Assembly: GCA_001801025.1 (NCBI GenBank)
Contig: MGWO01000007.1
Location: 1,217,576-1,249,575 of the forward strand
Source: Gallionellales bacterium GWA2_54_124
Lineage (GTDB): Bacteria; Pseudomonadota; Gammaproteobacteria; Burkholderiales; Gallionellaceae
Direction: 5' to 3'
Length of the DNA stretch: 32,000 nt
In this document: positions 11,055 through 20,332 of the stretch, in pieces
Numbering within the stretch: position 1 is the stretch's first letter
Layout of the letters: every line of letters begins with the position of its first letter
Made by a program: the position numbers and the translations under genes
The notes under the pieces: model-generated
Told to the model about the DNA's origin: nothing
What the model saw: only the letters and a program-made list of their open reading frames with translations
The model's database searches: none

Positions 11055-11284
11055 CCGGACAAATACCTGACTATCATCTCGATATGATGGGGGAGACCTG
11101 CCCCTATGTTGCAATTGCAACGCTGGAGGCGATGGCGCAACTTCAACCCGGCGAGATTCTGGAGGTCGTGACCCGTTGTTCGCAATCGATCAACAACGTC
11201 CCGCCGGACGCGGTGAATCACGGCTATCAGGTGCTGGAGGTACAGCAGGATGGCCCCAATATCCGCTACCTGATTCGTCGCTAA
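11051..11284 (+). CDS. TusA/YeeD-like sulfurtransferase
   Basis: 77 aa with the GETCPYV active-site Cys-Pro motif. The ATGA overlap with the upstream YeeE gene is the classical yeeE-yeeD arrangement. Confidence 0.8.
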   Translation: MTGQIPDYHLDMMGETCPYVAIATLEAMAQLQPGEILEVVTRCSQSINNVPPDAVNHGYQVLEVQQDGPNIRYLIRR

Positions 11285-11339
11285 ACGGCAGGTTGCAGTC
11301 AGAATGACAGGTGAGGGGGGCTTTTTTCGTTAGTTAAAA

Positions 11340-11372
11340 TTTGTGTCGCTGATTGTGTTAGAATGCGCCCCC
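11340..11372 (+). promoter_or_regulatory. Candidate extended -10 promoter for typA
   Basis: TGT-TAGAAT at 11356-11364 (extended -10). The -35 is poor. Its position argues for the ATG at 11396 as the true start. Confidence 0.35.
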
Positions 11373-11395
11373 CTACATTTAGCAAGGCTGTATCC

Positions 11396-13210
11396 ATGTC
11401 ACGCCAACTTCGCAATATCGCCATTATCGCCCACGTCGATCACGGTAAAACTACTCTGGTTGATAAGCTGCTGTCACAGGCAGGTTCTTTTTCAGCTCAC
11501 CAACACGTTGCCGAACGTGTCATGGACAACAACGATCTGGAAAAGGAACGCGGGATCACGATTCTGGCGAAAAATTGCGCGGTTGAGTTCAAAGGCGTGC
11601 ACATCAATATCGTCGATACCCCGGGTCACGCCGACTTCGGCGGCGAAGTTGAACGCGTGCTGGGCATGGTTGACGGCGTTTTGCTGTTGGTTGATGCGGT
11701 TGACGGCCCGATGCCGCAAACGCGTTTCGTGACCAAAAAGGCACTGGCCTTAGGCCTGCGCCCTATCGTTGTGATCAACAAGGTTGACCGTCCCGGCGCG
11801 CGTCCTGACTGGGTTGTGGATCAGACTTTCGACTTGTTCGACAAGCTGGGTGCGAGCGATGAGCAGCTGGATTTCCCGGTTGTTTACGCTTCTGCGCTGA
11901 ATGGCTATGCGAAGACTGAACTCGAAGCGGTCACCGACAATATGTTCCCGTTGCTGGACGTGGTCTTGAGCCATGTTCATGCACCGACTGTGGCTGCGAC
12001 TGAAGAGCCATTGCAATTACAAATTTCAGCCCTTGATTATTCGAGCTTCGTCGGTCGTATCGGCGTAGGTCGTGTGACCCGCGGCAAGATTCGTCCTGGT
12101 CAGGAAGTCATGGTCATGAATGGCGATAAGTCCTCCAAGCGCGCCCGTGTGAATCAGGTGCTGGGTTTCCGTGGCATTGAGCGCGTATTGCTCGAAGAAG
12201 CGATGGCGGGCGATATCGTGCTGATTAACGGGATCGATGAGATCGGTATCGGCGTGACCATCGCTGATATGAGCAAACCTGAAGCGCTGCCGCTGCCTAA
12301 GATCGACGAACCGACCCTGAGCATGAACCTGATGGTAAATACTTCGCCCCTGTGCGGACAGGAAGGCAAGCTGATCACCAGCCGTCAGATTCGCGATCGT
12401 CTGAACAAGGAATTACTGGTTAACGTCGCGTTGCGCGTCGAAGAAACAGACAATACCGACGTATTCCTGTTGTCAGGTCGCGGTGAGTTGCATCTGACGA
12501 TTTTGCTGGAAAACATGCGCCGTGAAGGTTTTGAGATGGGCGTGGGTAAGCCACGTGTCGTGTACCGTGAAATCAACGGCGAAAAATGCGAACCGTTCGA
12601 AATGCTGACCGTGGACGTCGAAGACGCCAACCAGGGCGCGGTCATGGAAGAATTGGGCCGCCGCCGCGGTGACTTGCAAGACATGCAACCGGACGGTCAC
12701 GGACGTGTGCGTCTGGAATACCGCGTTCCTGCCCGTGGCCTGATCGGTTTCCAGTCGGAATTTATGACGCTGACACGCGGCACCGGCATCATGGCGCACG
12801 TGTTTGACGATTACGCACCGGTCAAGGCTGATATGCCGGGCCGTCGCAACGGCGTGCTGATTTCATCCGAACAAGGCGATGCCGTAGCTTATGCGTTGTG
12901 GAAGCTGGAAGATCGCGGTCGCATGATCGTAGTTCCTGGCGACAAACTGTACGAAGGCATGATCATCGGTATTCACAGCCGCGATAACGATCTGATCGTC
13001 AATCCGATCAAGGGTAAGCAGTTGACCAACGTGCGTTCATCCGGTACCGATGAAGCGGTTCGTCTGACGCCGCCCGTACGCCTGACGCTGGAATCAGCCG
13101 TTGAATTTATCGACGACGATGAACTGGTCGAAATCACACCGGTTTCGATTCGTGTCCGCAAACGCTTCCTGACTGAAAACGAACGCAAGCGTAACGTGCG
13201 CGGCCTGTAA
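11396..13210 (+). CDS. typA: Translational GTPase TypA/BipA
   Basis: [18 protein letters not shown]1 motif, [13 protein letters not shown], about 604 aa. Start moved to the ATG at 11396 ([11 protein letters not shown]). Confidence 0.95.
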   Translation: MSRQLRNIAIIAHVDHGKTTLVDKLLSQAGSFSAHQHVAERVMDNNDLEKERGITILAKNCAVEFKGVHINIVDTPGHADFGGEVERVLGMVDGVLLLVDAVDGPMPQTRFVTKKALALGLRPIVVINKVDRPGARPDWVVDQTFDLFDKLGASDEQLDFPVVYASALNGYAKTELEAVTDNMFPLLDVVLSHVHAPTVAATEEPLQLQISALDYSSFVGRIGVGRVTRGKIRPGQEVMVMNGDKSSKRARVNQVLGFRGIERVLLEEAMAGDIVLINGIDEIGIGVTIADMSKPEALPLPKIDEPTLSMNLMVNTSPLCGQEGKLITSRQIRDRLNKELLVNVALRVEETDNTDVFLLSGRGELHLTILLENMRREGFEMGVGKPRVVYREINGEKCEPFEMLTVDVEDANQGAVMEELGRRRGDLQDMQPDGHGRVRLEYRVPARGLIGFQSEFMTLTRGTGIMAHVFDDYAPVKADMPGRRNGVLISSEQGDAVAYALWKLEDRGRMIVVPGDKLYEGMIIGIHSRDNDLIVNPIKGKQLTNVRSSGTDEAVRLTPPVRLTLESAVEFIDDDELVEITPVSIRVRKRFLTENERKRNVRGL

Positions 13211-13229
13211 TCAGTCAGCATCGTTTATT

Positions 13230-13262
13230 AAAAGCCGCCAGATCATTCTGGCGGCTTTTTTG
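13230..13262 (+). terminator. Rho-independent terminator of typA
   Basis: AAAAGCCGCCAG / CTGGCGGCTTTT stem followed by a T-run. Confidence 0.85.
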
Positions 13263-13307
13263 TTGATTAAAATTGACAAGGCAGCGTAATTTTGCGAAGC
13301 TCTGATC

Positions 13308-13637
13308 ATGTCCTACCGTGCCCGAAAATTAATCGCTGTTTTGCTTGCCATCTGGTTGCCGCTCTTTAGCGGCAGTGCCTTGGCCGCCAGCGTGATGATG
13401 CAGATGCCGTCTGATACCTGTCAGGAGATGGGAATGGACGGGCATGACATGGCGCCCGTTCCTGCGCAATGCGATACCTGCGATGTCTGTCATTTGGCCT
13501 GCGGCAGTTATCTCGCCGTGCAGGCGATTTCTCATCCTGACGCACTATCCGCCGTTGCGACGGTCACACCCTATTTGCTCTCGTTTAACTCCATCACCAG
13601 CATTCCCTTGCTCCCTCCGCCTTTAGCGCTCCTCTAA
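13308..13637 (+). CDS. Small secreted Cys/His/Met-rich protein (putative metal-binding, efflux-operon associated)
   Basis: 109 aa. Signal peptide LLAIWLPLFSGSALA, then MMQMPSDTCQEMGMDGHDM and CDTCDVCHLAC. Sits directly upstream of cusCBA. No family assignment was possible by eye. Confidence 0.55.
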   Translation: MSYRARKLIAVLLAIWLPLFSGSALAASVMMQMPSDTCQEMGMDGHDMAPVPAQCDTCDVCHLACGSYLAVQAISHPDALSAVATVTPYLLSFNSITSIPLLPPPLALL

Positions 13638-13732
13638 TACAGGACGAATCCGCCTGCCGGTATCGATTTATCCCGTCCTGAAACAGGGTAGCGATCACGT
13701 TATCTGACTGATTACGCACGAGGATTAGCAAC

Positions 13733-14971
13733 ATGAAACAAATCATTTATATTTTTCTTGCCTGCTGGCTTCTTCCCGCCGCAGCTCAGCCTTTGGGCCG
13801 TGATGTGGCAAGCCTGCTCGCCTATGCGAAGGATCACAATCAGGAACTGGCCGCACTGCGTTTTGACGCGGATGCTGCCTCCCAGCGCGTGCAGCCGGCA
13901 GGCAGCCTGCCTGATCCTGTGCTGCGCACCGAACTGATGGATTTTACCAATCAGGGTAACAACAGGCCTGCCAGCCTGCTGCCGGGTAATGTGGGCGCTA
14001 CGCGATATTTGCTCACGCAGAGTGTGCCCTGGTATGGTCGTCGCGAGTTGCAAAGCAATGTCGCCCGGGCGCAGGAGAGCGGTATTCGCGGACAAGTTGC
14101 GGCACTTTGGGCCGATTTGAGCAGCAAAATTAAATCAGCCTATGCGATGCATTACTACCTGGCGGGCAGCATCAGGCTCACGCGTGAGATGGCTGATCTG
14201 ACGCAGCGCCTCGAAAAACTGGCGCAAACCCGTTATGCCAACGGGCAGGGGACGCAGCAGGAAGTGATCCGCGCACAACTTGAACGAACTGATTTGCAGA
14301 GCACGCTGATCGCATTGGCGAACGAACAACATCATGCACATACCCAACTGAATAATCTGTTGTCGCGCCCATCCGATGCCCCGCTTGCCGATCCTGAAAC
14401 GCTGCGCCCCCTGCCGAGTGCGGCAGGTCTTGGCACGCTAGACGCGTTGGTGCGCGCCAATAATCCCCAGTTACAGATCGCCGCATCCGGTGTGGATGAG
14501 GCGAAAATCAATCTCGATCTGAGCTATAAAAACCGTTATCCCGGATTCACGCTGGGGGTTGCGCCCACTCAGAGCGGAAACACGGTCAAAAGCTGGGATC
14601 TGATGGTTGAATTTAATATCCCCTTGCAGCAGGAATCGCGCCGCTCACAGGAGCGTGAGGCACAATCTCGGGTTGCGGCTGCAACTGCACGACAGGAGGT
14701 ACTGCTCAACGGCGTCCTGTCGGCTTTAGCAGAAAGCGTGTCGGGGCTTGCGAGCGCGCAGCGCACCGAAAATCTGATTGCGATGCAGATGCTGCCGCAG
14801 GCAGAGCTGTCATTTCAATCGGCGCTGAACGGTTATGCGAATGGCAAGGTCGATTTTGCCACCTTGCTCGATGCGCAGCGATTCATACTGAAAGCGCGTT
14901 TGCAACAGATCAGGGCGCAGTATGACGCTCAGCTTAGACTGGCTGAAATTGACCGCTTGACGGGAGAATAA
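13733..14971 (+). CDS. cusC: Outer-membrane efflux protein (TolC family), CusC-like
   Basis: 412 aa, signal peptide, OEP-type coiled repeats. First gene of a C-B-A heavy-metal RND operon. Confidence 0.85.
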   Translation: MKQIIYIFLACWLLPAAAQPLGRDVASLLAYAKDHNQELAALRFDADAASQRVQPAGSLPDPVLRTELMDFTNQGNNRPASLLPGNVGATRYLLTQSVPWYGRRELQSNVARAQESGIRGQVAALWADLSSKIKSAYAMHYYLAGSIRLTREMADLTQRLEKLAQTRYANGQGTQQEVIRAQLERTDLQSTLIALANEQHHAHTQLNNLLSRPSDAPLADPETLRPLPSAAGLGTLDALVRANNPQLQIAASGVDEAKINLDLSYKNRYPGFTLGVAPTQSGNTVKSWDLMVEFNIPLQQESRRSQEREAQSRVAAATARQEVLLNGVLSALAESVSGLASAQRTENLIAMQMLPQAELSFQSALNGYANGKVDFATLLDAQRFILKARLQQIRAQYDAQLRLAEIDRLTGE

Positions 14972-14973
14972 TA

Positions 14974-16566
14974 ATGAATAAAATAAAATTAATAACACTG
15001 TCTATTACGGTGATTTCTATTGTTGCAACAGGCGGCTACTGGCTGGGAAGTCATGCAGAATCTAGAACTCATAACTCAGGACTCAGGGTTCAGGAGGAGG
15101 GTTCTAAGCCGGGCGAGCAGCGCAAAATTTTGTATTACCGTAATCCGATGGGATTGCCGGATACCTCCCCCACGCCTAAAAAGGACAGCATGGGTATGGA
15201 CTATGTGGCAGTGTATCAAGGCGATGCGACGGAGGACGGTCTGGTTACCATCAGCGTCGAAAAGGTACAGAAATTAGGCGTCAGGCGCGAAGCGGTCACA
15301 CGGCGAGATGTGAATAAAACGCTGCATGTCAGCGGGCGGATTGAAATCGATGAGCGTCGCACCTATGCGATTTCCCCGAAATTCGAAGGCTGGATCGAGC
15401 ATCTGTATGTCAATAGCGCAGGACAGAGCGTGACGCGTGGTCAGCCTTTATTCGAGGTGTACAGTCCGGAACTGGTATCCGCTCAGCGTGAATACAGTAT
15501 AGCCAGGCAAGGTGAGGAGACCTTAAAGAATGCAGGTTCCGAGGCATCCCTCGGTATGAGCCAACTGGCTGAGGGCGCTCGCTCGCGGCTTAAAAACTGG
15601 GATATCGCAGACGGTCAAATCAGTCAGTCGGGCAACTCCCGCCGCACCTTGACCTATTACGCACCGGCTACCGGCATCGTGATGGAGAAAAAAGCCGTAC
15701 AGGGGATGCGTTTTTTGCCCGGTGAGACGCTGTATCAAATTGCCGATTTATCCCGTGTGTGGGTGATTGCGGATGTCAATGAGCAGGATATCGGACAGGT
15801 CAATTTAGGCGGCGTGGCACAGATTCGCATCGCGGCTTATCCAGATAAAGTTTTCGAAGGGAAAGTCGCGTTTATTTATCCGACCCTCAATGCGGCGAGT
15901 CGCACGGTTCAGGTGCGGGTGGAACTGGACAATCAGGCAGGGAAACTCAAGCCCGCGATGTTTGCCAGCGTCACCTTGCCGACGGCTAATCATACTGAGG
16001 TGCTGACGGTGCCTGTTTCATCCGTGATCGACAGCGGTAAGCGAACGATCGTGATCGTTGAGCGCGCCCCCGGGCTTTTTGCACCACGCACCGTGACTGT
16101 CGGCCAGCGCGGCGATGAGTACGTCGAAATACGGGCGGGGCTTGCGGCGGGCGAACAGGTCGTCACCTCAGCACTGTTCCTGATCGATGCAGAAAGCAAT
16201 CTTAAAGCCGTACTGAGTGGCCTCGGCGGGGAGGATAGCGCGATCCCGGCAAAGCCTGTATTGGCACCGGAGACCGCGAAGCCTGTGATCGCCAAACCCA
16301 CTGTCGTTAAAAGCCCTGTCGTTAAGCGGGTTGGTCATCAGGCGGTTGGTGTTTTTAATTCGATCAATCCGGACGGTTCGGTGAGCATTACCCACGAGGC
16401 GATTAAAACGCTGGGCTGGCCCGGCATGACGATGGATTTTGCACTCGCCAATGCCTCGCTTTCAAGCGGCCTGAAGGCGGGGAGCCGCATTCGCTTTGAG
16501 ATTGTCGAGCGCAAACCCGACGAATGGGTAATTACCAGTCTGCACGACGTCTCACAGGAGCATTAA
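14974..16566 (+). CDS. cusB: RND periplasmic adaptor CusB-like with C-terminal CusF-like domain
   Basis: 530 aa. The N-terminal ILYYRNPMGLPDTSPTPKKDSMGMDYV looks like a metal-binding segment. An HlyD/MFP barrel core follows. After a Pro/Lys/Val linker, the last roughly 85 aa (HQAVGVFNSINPDGSVSITHEAIKTLGWPGMTMDF...) resemble the periplasmic Cu/Ag chaperone CusF. Confidence 0.85.
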   Translation: MNKIKLITLSITVISIVATGGYWLGSHAESRTHNSGLRVQEEGSKPGEQRKILYYRNPMGLPDTSPTPKKDSMGMDYVAVYQGDATEDGLVTISVEKVQKLGVRREAVTRRDVNKTLHVSGRIEIDERRTYAISPKFEGWIEHLYVNSAGQSVTRGQPLFEVYSPELVSAQREYSIARQGEETLKNAGSEASLGMSQLAEGARSRLKNWDIADGQISQSGNSRRTLTYYAPATGIVMEKKAVQGMRFLPGETLYQIADLSRVWVIADVNEQDIGQVNLGGVAQIRIAAYPDKVFEGKVAFIYPTLNAASRTVQVRVELDNQAGKLKPAMFASVTLPTANHTEVLTVPVSSVIDSGKRTIVIVERAPGLFAPRTVTVGQRGDEYVEIRAGLAAGEQVVTSALFLIDAESNLKAVLSGLGGEDSAIPAKPVLAPETAKPVIAKPTVVKSPVVKRVGHQAVGVFNSINPDGSVSITHEAIKTLGWPGMTMDFALANASLSSGLKAGSRIRFEIVERKPDEWVITSLHDVSQEH

Positions 16567-16567
16567 G

Positions 16568-19500
16568 ATGCTACAAAACATCATCGTCTGGTCGGCTCGC
16601 AACCGATTTTTAGTGCTGCTGGCGACAGGATTCATTGTGCTGGCGGGTGTTTATGCGATGTACAAGACGCCGCTGGATGCCTTGCCCGATTTATCCGATG
16701 TACAGGTCATTGTTTATACTGAATATTCAGGTCAGGCGCCGCAGGTGGTCGAGGATCAGGTGACCTATCCGCTGACCACGGCGATGCTGGCGGTGCCCAA
16801 ATCCCGTGTGGTGAGGGGCTTCTCCTTCTTTGGCGCTTCCTTTGTGTATGTGATTTTCGAGGACGGTACCGACATCTACTGGGCCAGATCCCGCGTACTG
16901 GAGTCGCTGGCCAGCATTGCCGGACGAATGCCGGCCGGTGTCGCGCCGCAACTGGGGCCGGATGCGACAGGGGTGGGCTGGGTGTACCAGTATGCGGTGC
17001 TCAGTGAAAAACACAATCTCGCTCAGTTGCGCACCATGCAGGACTGGTATTTACGCTATCAGTTGACCAAGGCGCATGGCGTCTCGGAAGTCGCCTCGAT
17101 AGGCGGTTTTGTGCAGCAGTATCAGGTAAGCGTGGATCCGGTCAAACTGCGCGCCTACGGCATTGCGCTCAAGACCATATCGCAGGTTATCCGGGATTCA
17201 AATCGCGATGTCGGCGGTCGCGTGGTGGAGATGGGCGAGACCGAATACATGGTCAGAGGGCGCGGCTATCTGCGCGGCAAAACGGATATCGAGACGCTGG
17301 TGGTGAAAGCGGATCGTGGCACACCGGTGCTGCTGCGCGATATCGCGCGCGTCGAACTCGGGCCCGACGAGCGGCGCGGCCTGACTGAACTTGATGGCGA
17401 AGGCGAAGTCGTGGCGGGGATTGCGATGGCGCGGTTTGGCGAAAATGCGCTGGAGGTCATTGAAAACCTCAAGCATAAGCTCACTGAAGTCTCGGCAGGG
17501 CTGCCCGAGGGCGTATCAATCCGCGCTGTGTACGATCGCTCAGAACTGATCAAGCGTGCAATCGACACCCTCAAACACACGCTGCTCGAAGAAGGCCTGA
17601 TCGTGGCGCTGGTCTGTATGGTGTTTTTGCTGCATGTCAGAAGCGCACTGGTGGCGATTTTAATGCTGCCGGCCGGTGTGCTGATCGCGTTTATCGCCAT
17701 GCATGCGCTGGGGATGAATTCAAACATCATGAGTTTAGGGGGAATCGCTATTGCAATCGGTGCGATGGTGGATGCGGCGATCGTGATGATCGAGAACGCA
17801 CATAAACACATTGAGCGATTAGGGGAGGGCGAGTCGCGTAGTGATGCGATTATTGCCGCCTGCCGCGAGGTTGGCCCGTCGCTATTTTTCTCCTTGCTGA
17901 TTATCACGGTGTCATTTTTGCCGGTATTCACGCTCGAATCCCAAGAAGGGCGACTGTTTTCACCGCTTGCCTATACCAAAACGTTTTCTATGGCGGGCGC
18001 GGCGTTGCTGTCGGTGACGCTGGTGCCGGTGCTGATGCTGCTGTTTATTCGCGGGCCGATTCTGCCTGAGCAGAAAAATCCGCTCAATCGCTGGATGATC
18101 AGGTTCTACCGTCCGCTGATTGCTGCCGTACTGTCGAAGCAGAAAACCACCGTTGCGATCGCGCTGCTGGTGTTGGCTCTGTCCGTCTATCCTGCGATGC
18201 GATTGGGCAGCGAGTTTATGCCGACGTTAAATGAAGGCTCATTGCTGTATATGCCAGCCTCGTTGCCGGGTATGTCGGTCACGAAGGCGGCCGAGTTGCT
18301 GCAAACGCAGGACAAGATCATCAAGTCGTTCCCGGAAGTCGCTTCCGTGTTCGGCAAAGCGGGCAGGGCGCAGACTGCAACTGATCCTGCGCCGCTGGAA
18401 ATGTTCGAGACGGTGATCAATCTAAAGCCTCAGGATCAGTGGCGTCCCGGCATGACCACCGATAAACTGGTCGCCCAGATGGATCAGGCCCTGCAATTTC
18501 CCGGTGTAGCCAATTCCTGGACGATGCCGATCAAAGCCCGCATCGATATGCTCTCAACTGGAATCAGAACACCTATTGGAATCAAGGTGTTCGGCAAGAA
18601 TCTTGAGGAAATGGAGCAGCTTTCAAAACAGATCGAGAGCGTGGTGCGGCAGGTGCCGGGCACATCCAGCGCGTATGCGGAACGGTTAACGGGCGGCGCT
18701 TATCTTGATATTGAGCCCGATCGTATGGCGCTGGCGCGTTACGGCCTGACGGTGGGTGATGTGCAGGATGTGATTGCGACCGCCTTAGGCGGCGAGACGG
18801 TCACCACCACGGTGGAAGGACGGGAGCGCTTCGGTGTCAACGTGCGATATCCGAGGGATTTGCGCGGCACACCGGAGGAGATTGCCCGCGAAGTGTTAGT
18901 CACCACTCAGGACGGCGCGATGATTCCGTTGGGGCAGGTGGCCAGAGTTATTATTAATCGCGGCGCACCGTCGATCCGTACCGAAAACGCGCTGCTCTCG
19001 GCGTATATCTATGTGGACATCAGGGACCGCGACATCGGTTCATTTGTCGCCGATGCGCGCCGGGCGGTGAACCAACAGGTCAAATTTCCGCCGGGCTATT
19101 ACGCGACCTGGAGCGGTCAGTTTGAATATATGGAGCGTGCCTATGCGCGCATGAAGATCGTGATTCCGATCACTTTGCTGCTGATCTTCCTGTTGCTGTA
19201 TCTCAATTTCAAACGGGTGACGGATTCCCTGATCGTGATGCTGTCGGTGCCCTTTGCGCTGGTCGGCGGTTTATGGCTGCTGTGGCTGCTCGATTACAAC
19301 GTATCGGTCGCCGTTGCGGTCGGGTTTATCGCGCTCTCAGGCGTGGCGGCTGAAACGGGTGTTGTGATGCTGATCTATCTTGAGCAGTCATGGCAGGCGG
19401 TGCTGGCGCGCTGCAAGGATGAAGGGCGCGCGGCCACGGTGCAGGATTTACATGATGCCATCATGCACGGCGCAGTCGAGCGGGTACGCCCCAAGATGAT

Positions 19501-19672
19501 GACGGTGGTCGCGATCATGGCGGGCCTGTTGCCTATCCTGTGGAGCACGGGTACGGGGTCTGAAGTGATGCGACGCATCGCCGCCCCAATGGTGGGCGGC
19601 ATGATTTCGTCGGCTATTCTGACGCTGTTGGTCATCCCGGTGCTGTTTGCGCTGGTAAAAGGAAAAAAATGA
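16568..19672 (+). CDS. cusA: Heavy-metal efflux RND pump, CusA type (Cu/Ag)
   Basis: 1034 aa. The TM4 signature GGIAIAIGAMVDAAIVMIENAHK matches the monovalent-cation (CusA) class rather than the CzcA DFGIIVDGAV class. Confidence 0.92.
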   Translation: MLQNIIVWSARNRFLVLLATGFIVLAGVYAMYKTPLDALPDLSDVQVIVYTEYSGQAPQVVEDQVTYPLTTAMLAVPKSRVVRGFSFFGASFVYVIFEDGTDIYWARSRVLESLASIAGRMPAGVAPQLGPDATGVGWVYQYAVLSEKHNLAQLRTMQDWYLRYQLTKAHGVSEVASIGGFVQQYQVSVDPVKLRAYGIALKTISQVIRDSNRDVGGRVVEMGETEYMVRGRGYLRGKTDIETLVVKADRGTPVLLRDIARVELGPDERRGLTELDGEGEVVAGIAMARFGENALEVIENLKHKLTEVSAGLPEGVSIRAVYDRSELIKRAIDTLKHTLLEEGLIVALVCMVFLLHVRSALVAILMLPAGVLIAFIAMHALGMNSNIMSLGGIAIAIGAMVDAAIVMIENAHKHIERLGEGESRSDAIIAACREVGPSLFFSLLIITVSFLPVFTLESQEGRLFSPLAYTKTFSMAGAALLSVTLVPVLMLLFIRGPILPEQKNPLNRWMIRFYRPLIAAVLSKQKTTVAIALLVLALSVYPAMRLGSEFMPTLNEGSLLYMPASLPGMSVTKAAELLQTQDKIIKSFPEVASVFGKAGRAQTATDPAPLEMFETVINLKPQDQWRPGMTTDKLVAQMDQALQFPGVANSWTMPIKARIDMLSTGIRTPIGIKVFGKNLEEMEQLSKQIESVVRQVPGTSSAYAERLTGGAYLDIEPDRMALARYGLTVGDVQDVIATALGGETVTTTVEGRERFGVNVRYPRDLRGTPEEIAREVLVTTQDGAMIPLGQVARVIINRGAPSIRTENALLSAYIYVDIRDRDIGSFVADARRAVNQQVKFPPGYYATWSGQFEYMERAYARMKIVIPITLLLIFLLLYLNFKRVTDSLIVMLSVPFALVGGLWLLWLLDYNVSVAVAVGFIALSGVAAETGVVMLIYLEQSWQAVLARCKDEGRAATVQDLHDAIMHGAVERVRPKMMTVVAIMAGLLPILWSTGTGSEVMRRIAAPMVGGMISSAILTLLVIPVLFALVKGKK

Positions 19673-19726
19673 CAGGCAACGTGATTGAACTTGATGGGCA
19701 ATTGTTAAAATTAAAGCGGATTCGCA

Positions 19727-19822
19727 TTAATACCAACGTATGCAATCACCGGCGGTTTGGGGTCTGGAAAATCGCTCGTTTCTATCGGCCGCATTCAAGA
19801 TTATTTGAAACATGGTAGTCGT
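19727..19822 (+). pseudogene. zot / pI assembly ATPase, N-terminal fragment (Walker A only)
   Basis: In-frame translation reads LIPTYAITGGLGSGKSLVSIGRIQDYLKHGSR, the P-loop N-terminus typical of Zot-like proteins. There is no ATG, and homology stops abruptly at the terminator hairpin at 19824. Confidence 0.65.
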
Positions 19823-19850
19823 AAGGGGGCTTGCGCCCCCTCTTTTTTTA
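19823..19850. terminator. Conserved bidirectional terminator hairpin, copy A
   Basis: AGGGGGC-ttgc-GCCCCCT followed by a T-run. The same hairpin recurs at 21117-21140 and 28419-28438. Confidence 0.7.
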
Positions 19851-19866
19851 CGGTTATGAGAATTGT

Positions 19867-20112
19867 TTAGAAAAATGATTTCAGTACTAAAGCCACAACG
19901 CCGCCCAGTACTAAGCCGGTCATCCATTTTAATATCTGAAGTTCTGCTTTCATGGGTGCTAGTTCTAATTGAATGTCTTTTTTTGTGACTAGCTCCTGAT
20001 CGTTGGACGCATCGCGGTAGGCGTTCGCAATTGCTTCGGCCTGGTTGTTTTGCATACCGCTGGCTTCAGGTGTTTTAACGAATTTCAGGGTGTCGAATGT
20101 AACGGTGCTCAT
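19867..20112 (-). CDS. DUF1640/CCDC90-like small membrane-anchored coiled-coil protein (cargo copy A)
   Basis: 81 aa: MSTVTFDTLKFVK...QAEAIANAY...LVTKKDIQ...C-terminal TM helix. The FDT-x-KFV / AEAIA pattern is recalled from the DUF1640 family. Paralog at 28441-28686. Confidence 0.6.
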   Translation of the reverse strand: MSTVTFDTLKFVKTPEASGMQNNQAEAIANAYRDASNDQELVTKKDIQLELAPMKAELQILKWMTGLVLGGVVALVLKSFF

Positions 20113-20136
20113 GATGTTCTTTTCGGTTGATGGTTA

Positions 20137-20165
20137 AGACTAAATCATTTTCACTACATTAGCAA
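20137..20165 (-). promoter_or_regulatory. Candidate sigma70 promoter of cargo slot (copy A)
   Basis: On the minus strand: TTGCTA (20165-20160), 17 nt, TAGTCT (20142-20137). The block is retained in all three copies. In copy C, homology begins about 5 nt upstream of the -35. Confidence 0.45.
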
Positions 20166-20330
20166 TTTAGTGACCACTCGATGCACTCTCCTGGACGTAA
20201 AAAAACTTTCCGCCTCGATGCTCAACCGTCCCGCTTTTTGCCCGAGAAGAAAAAAGGGTTTCGGGCGGTGTTGATCTGCTGGATCTGACCCGAAGACCGT
20301 AGGGTTCGGCAGTCGTCCCGCCGAAGGTTA
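20138..20330. repeat. 193-bp repeat R, copy A (cargo leader plus 165-bp structured distal part)
   Basis: Aligned by eye to 21691-21883, it shows 3 mismatches in 193 nt. The first roughly 30 nt also match 28711-28743. Confidence 0.9.
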
Positions 20331-20332
20331 AC

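Noticed and set aside
11343-11732. 129-aa alternative-frame ORF and the 11-aa upstream extension of typA
   Set aside because: The candidate -10 (TAGAAT, 11359-11364) lies inside them. The canonical BipA N-terminus starts at 11396.
17266-17931. 221-aa antisense ORF inside cusA
   Set aside because: Ser/Ile/Ala-rich mirror frame of a strongly conserved RND transporter region. No start context.
19701-19751. dif look-alikes at the left edge of the array (ATTGTTAAAAT; TTCGCATTAATACCAACGTATGCAAT)
   Set aside because: Only partial half-site resemblance, wrong spacing and orientation, and the second one lies inside the zot N-terminal coding remnant. The left boundary seems to be a deletion, not an att site.
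20138-20330. Repeat R as a tRNA/tmRNA fragment, integron attC, retron ncRNA or group II intron piece
   Set aside because: No cloverleaf or T-arm consensus, and no integron integrase, reverse transcriptase or intron domain V-like sequence nearby. It is kept only as an unexplained structured repeat.
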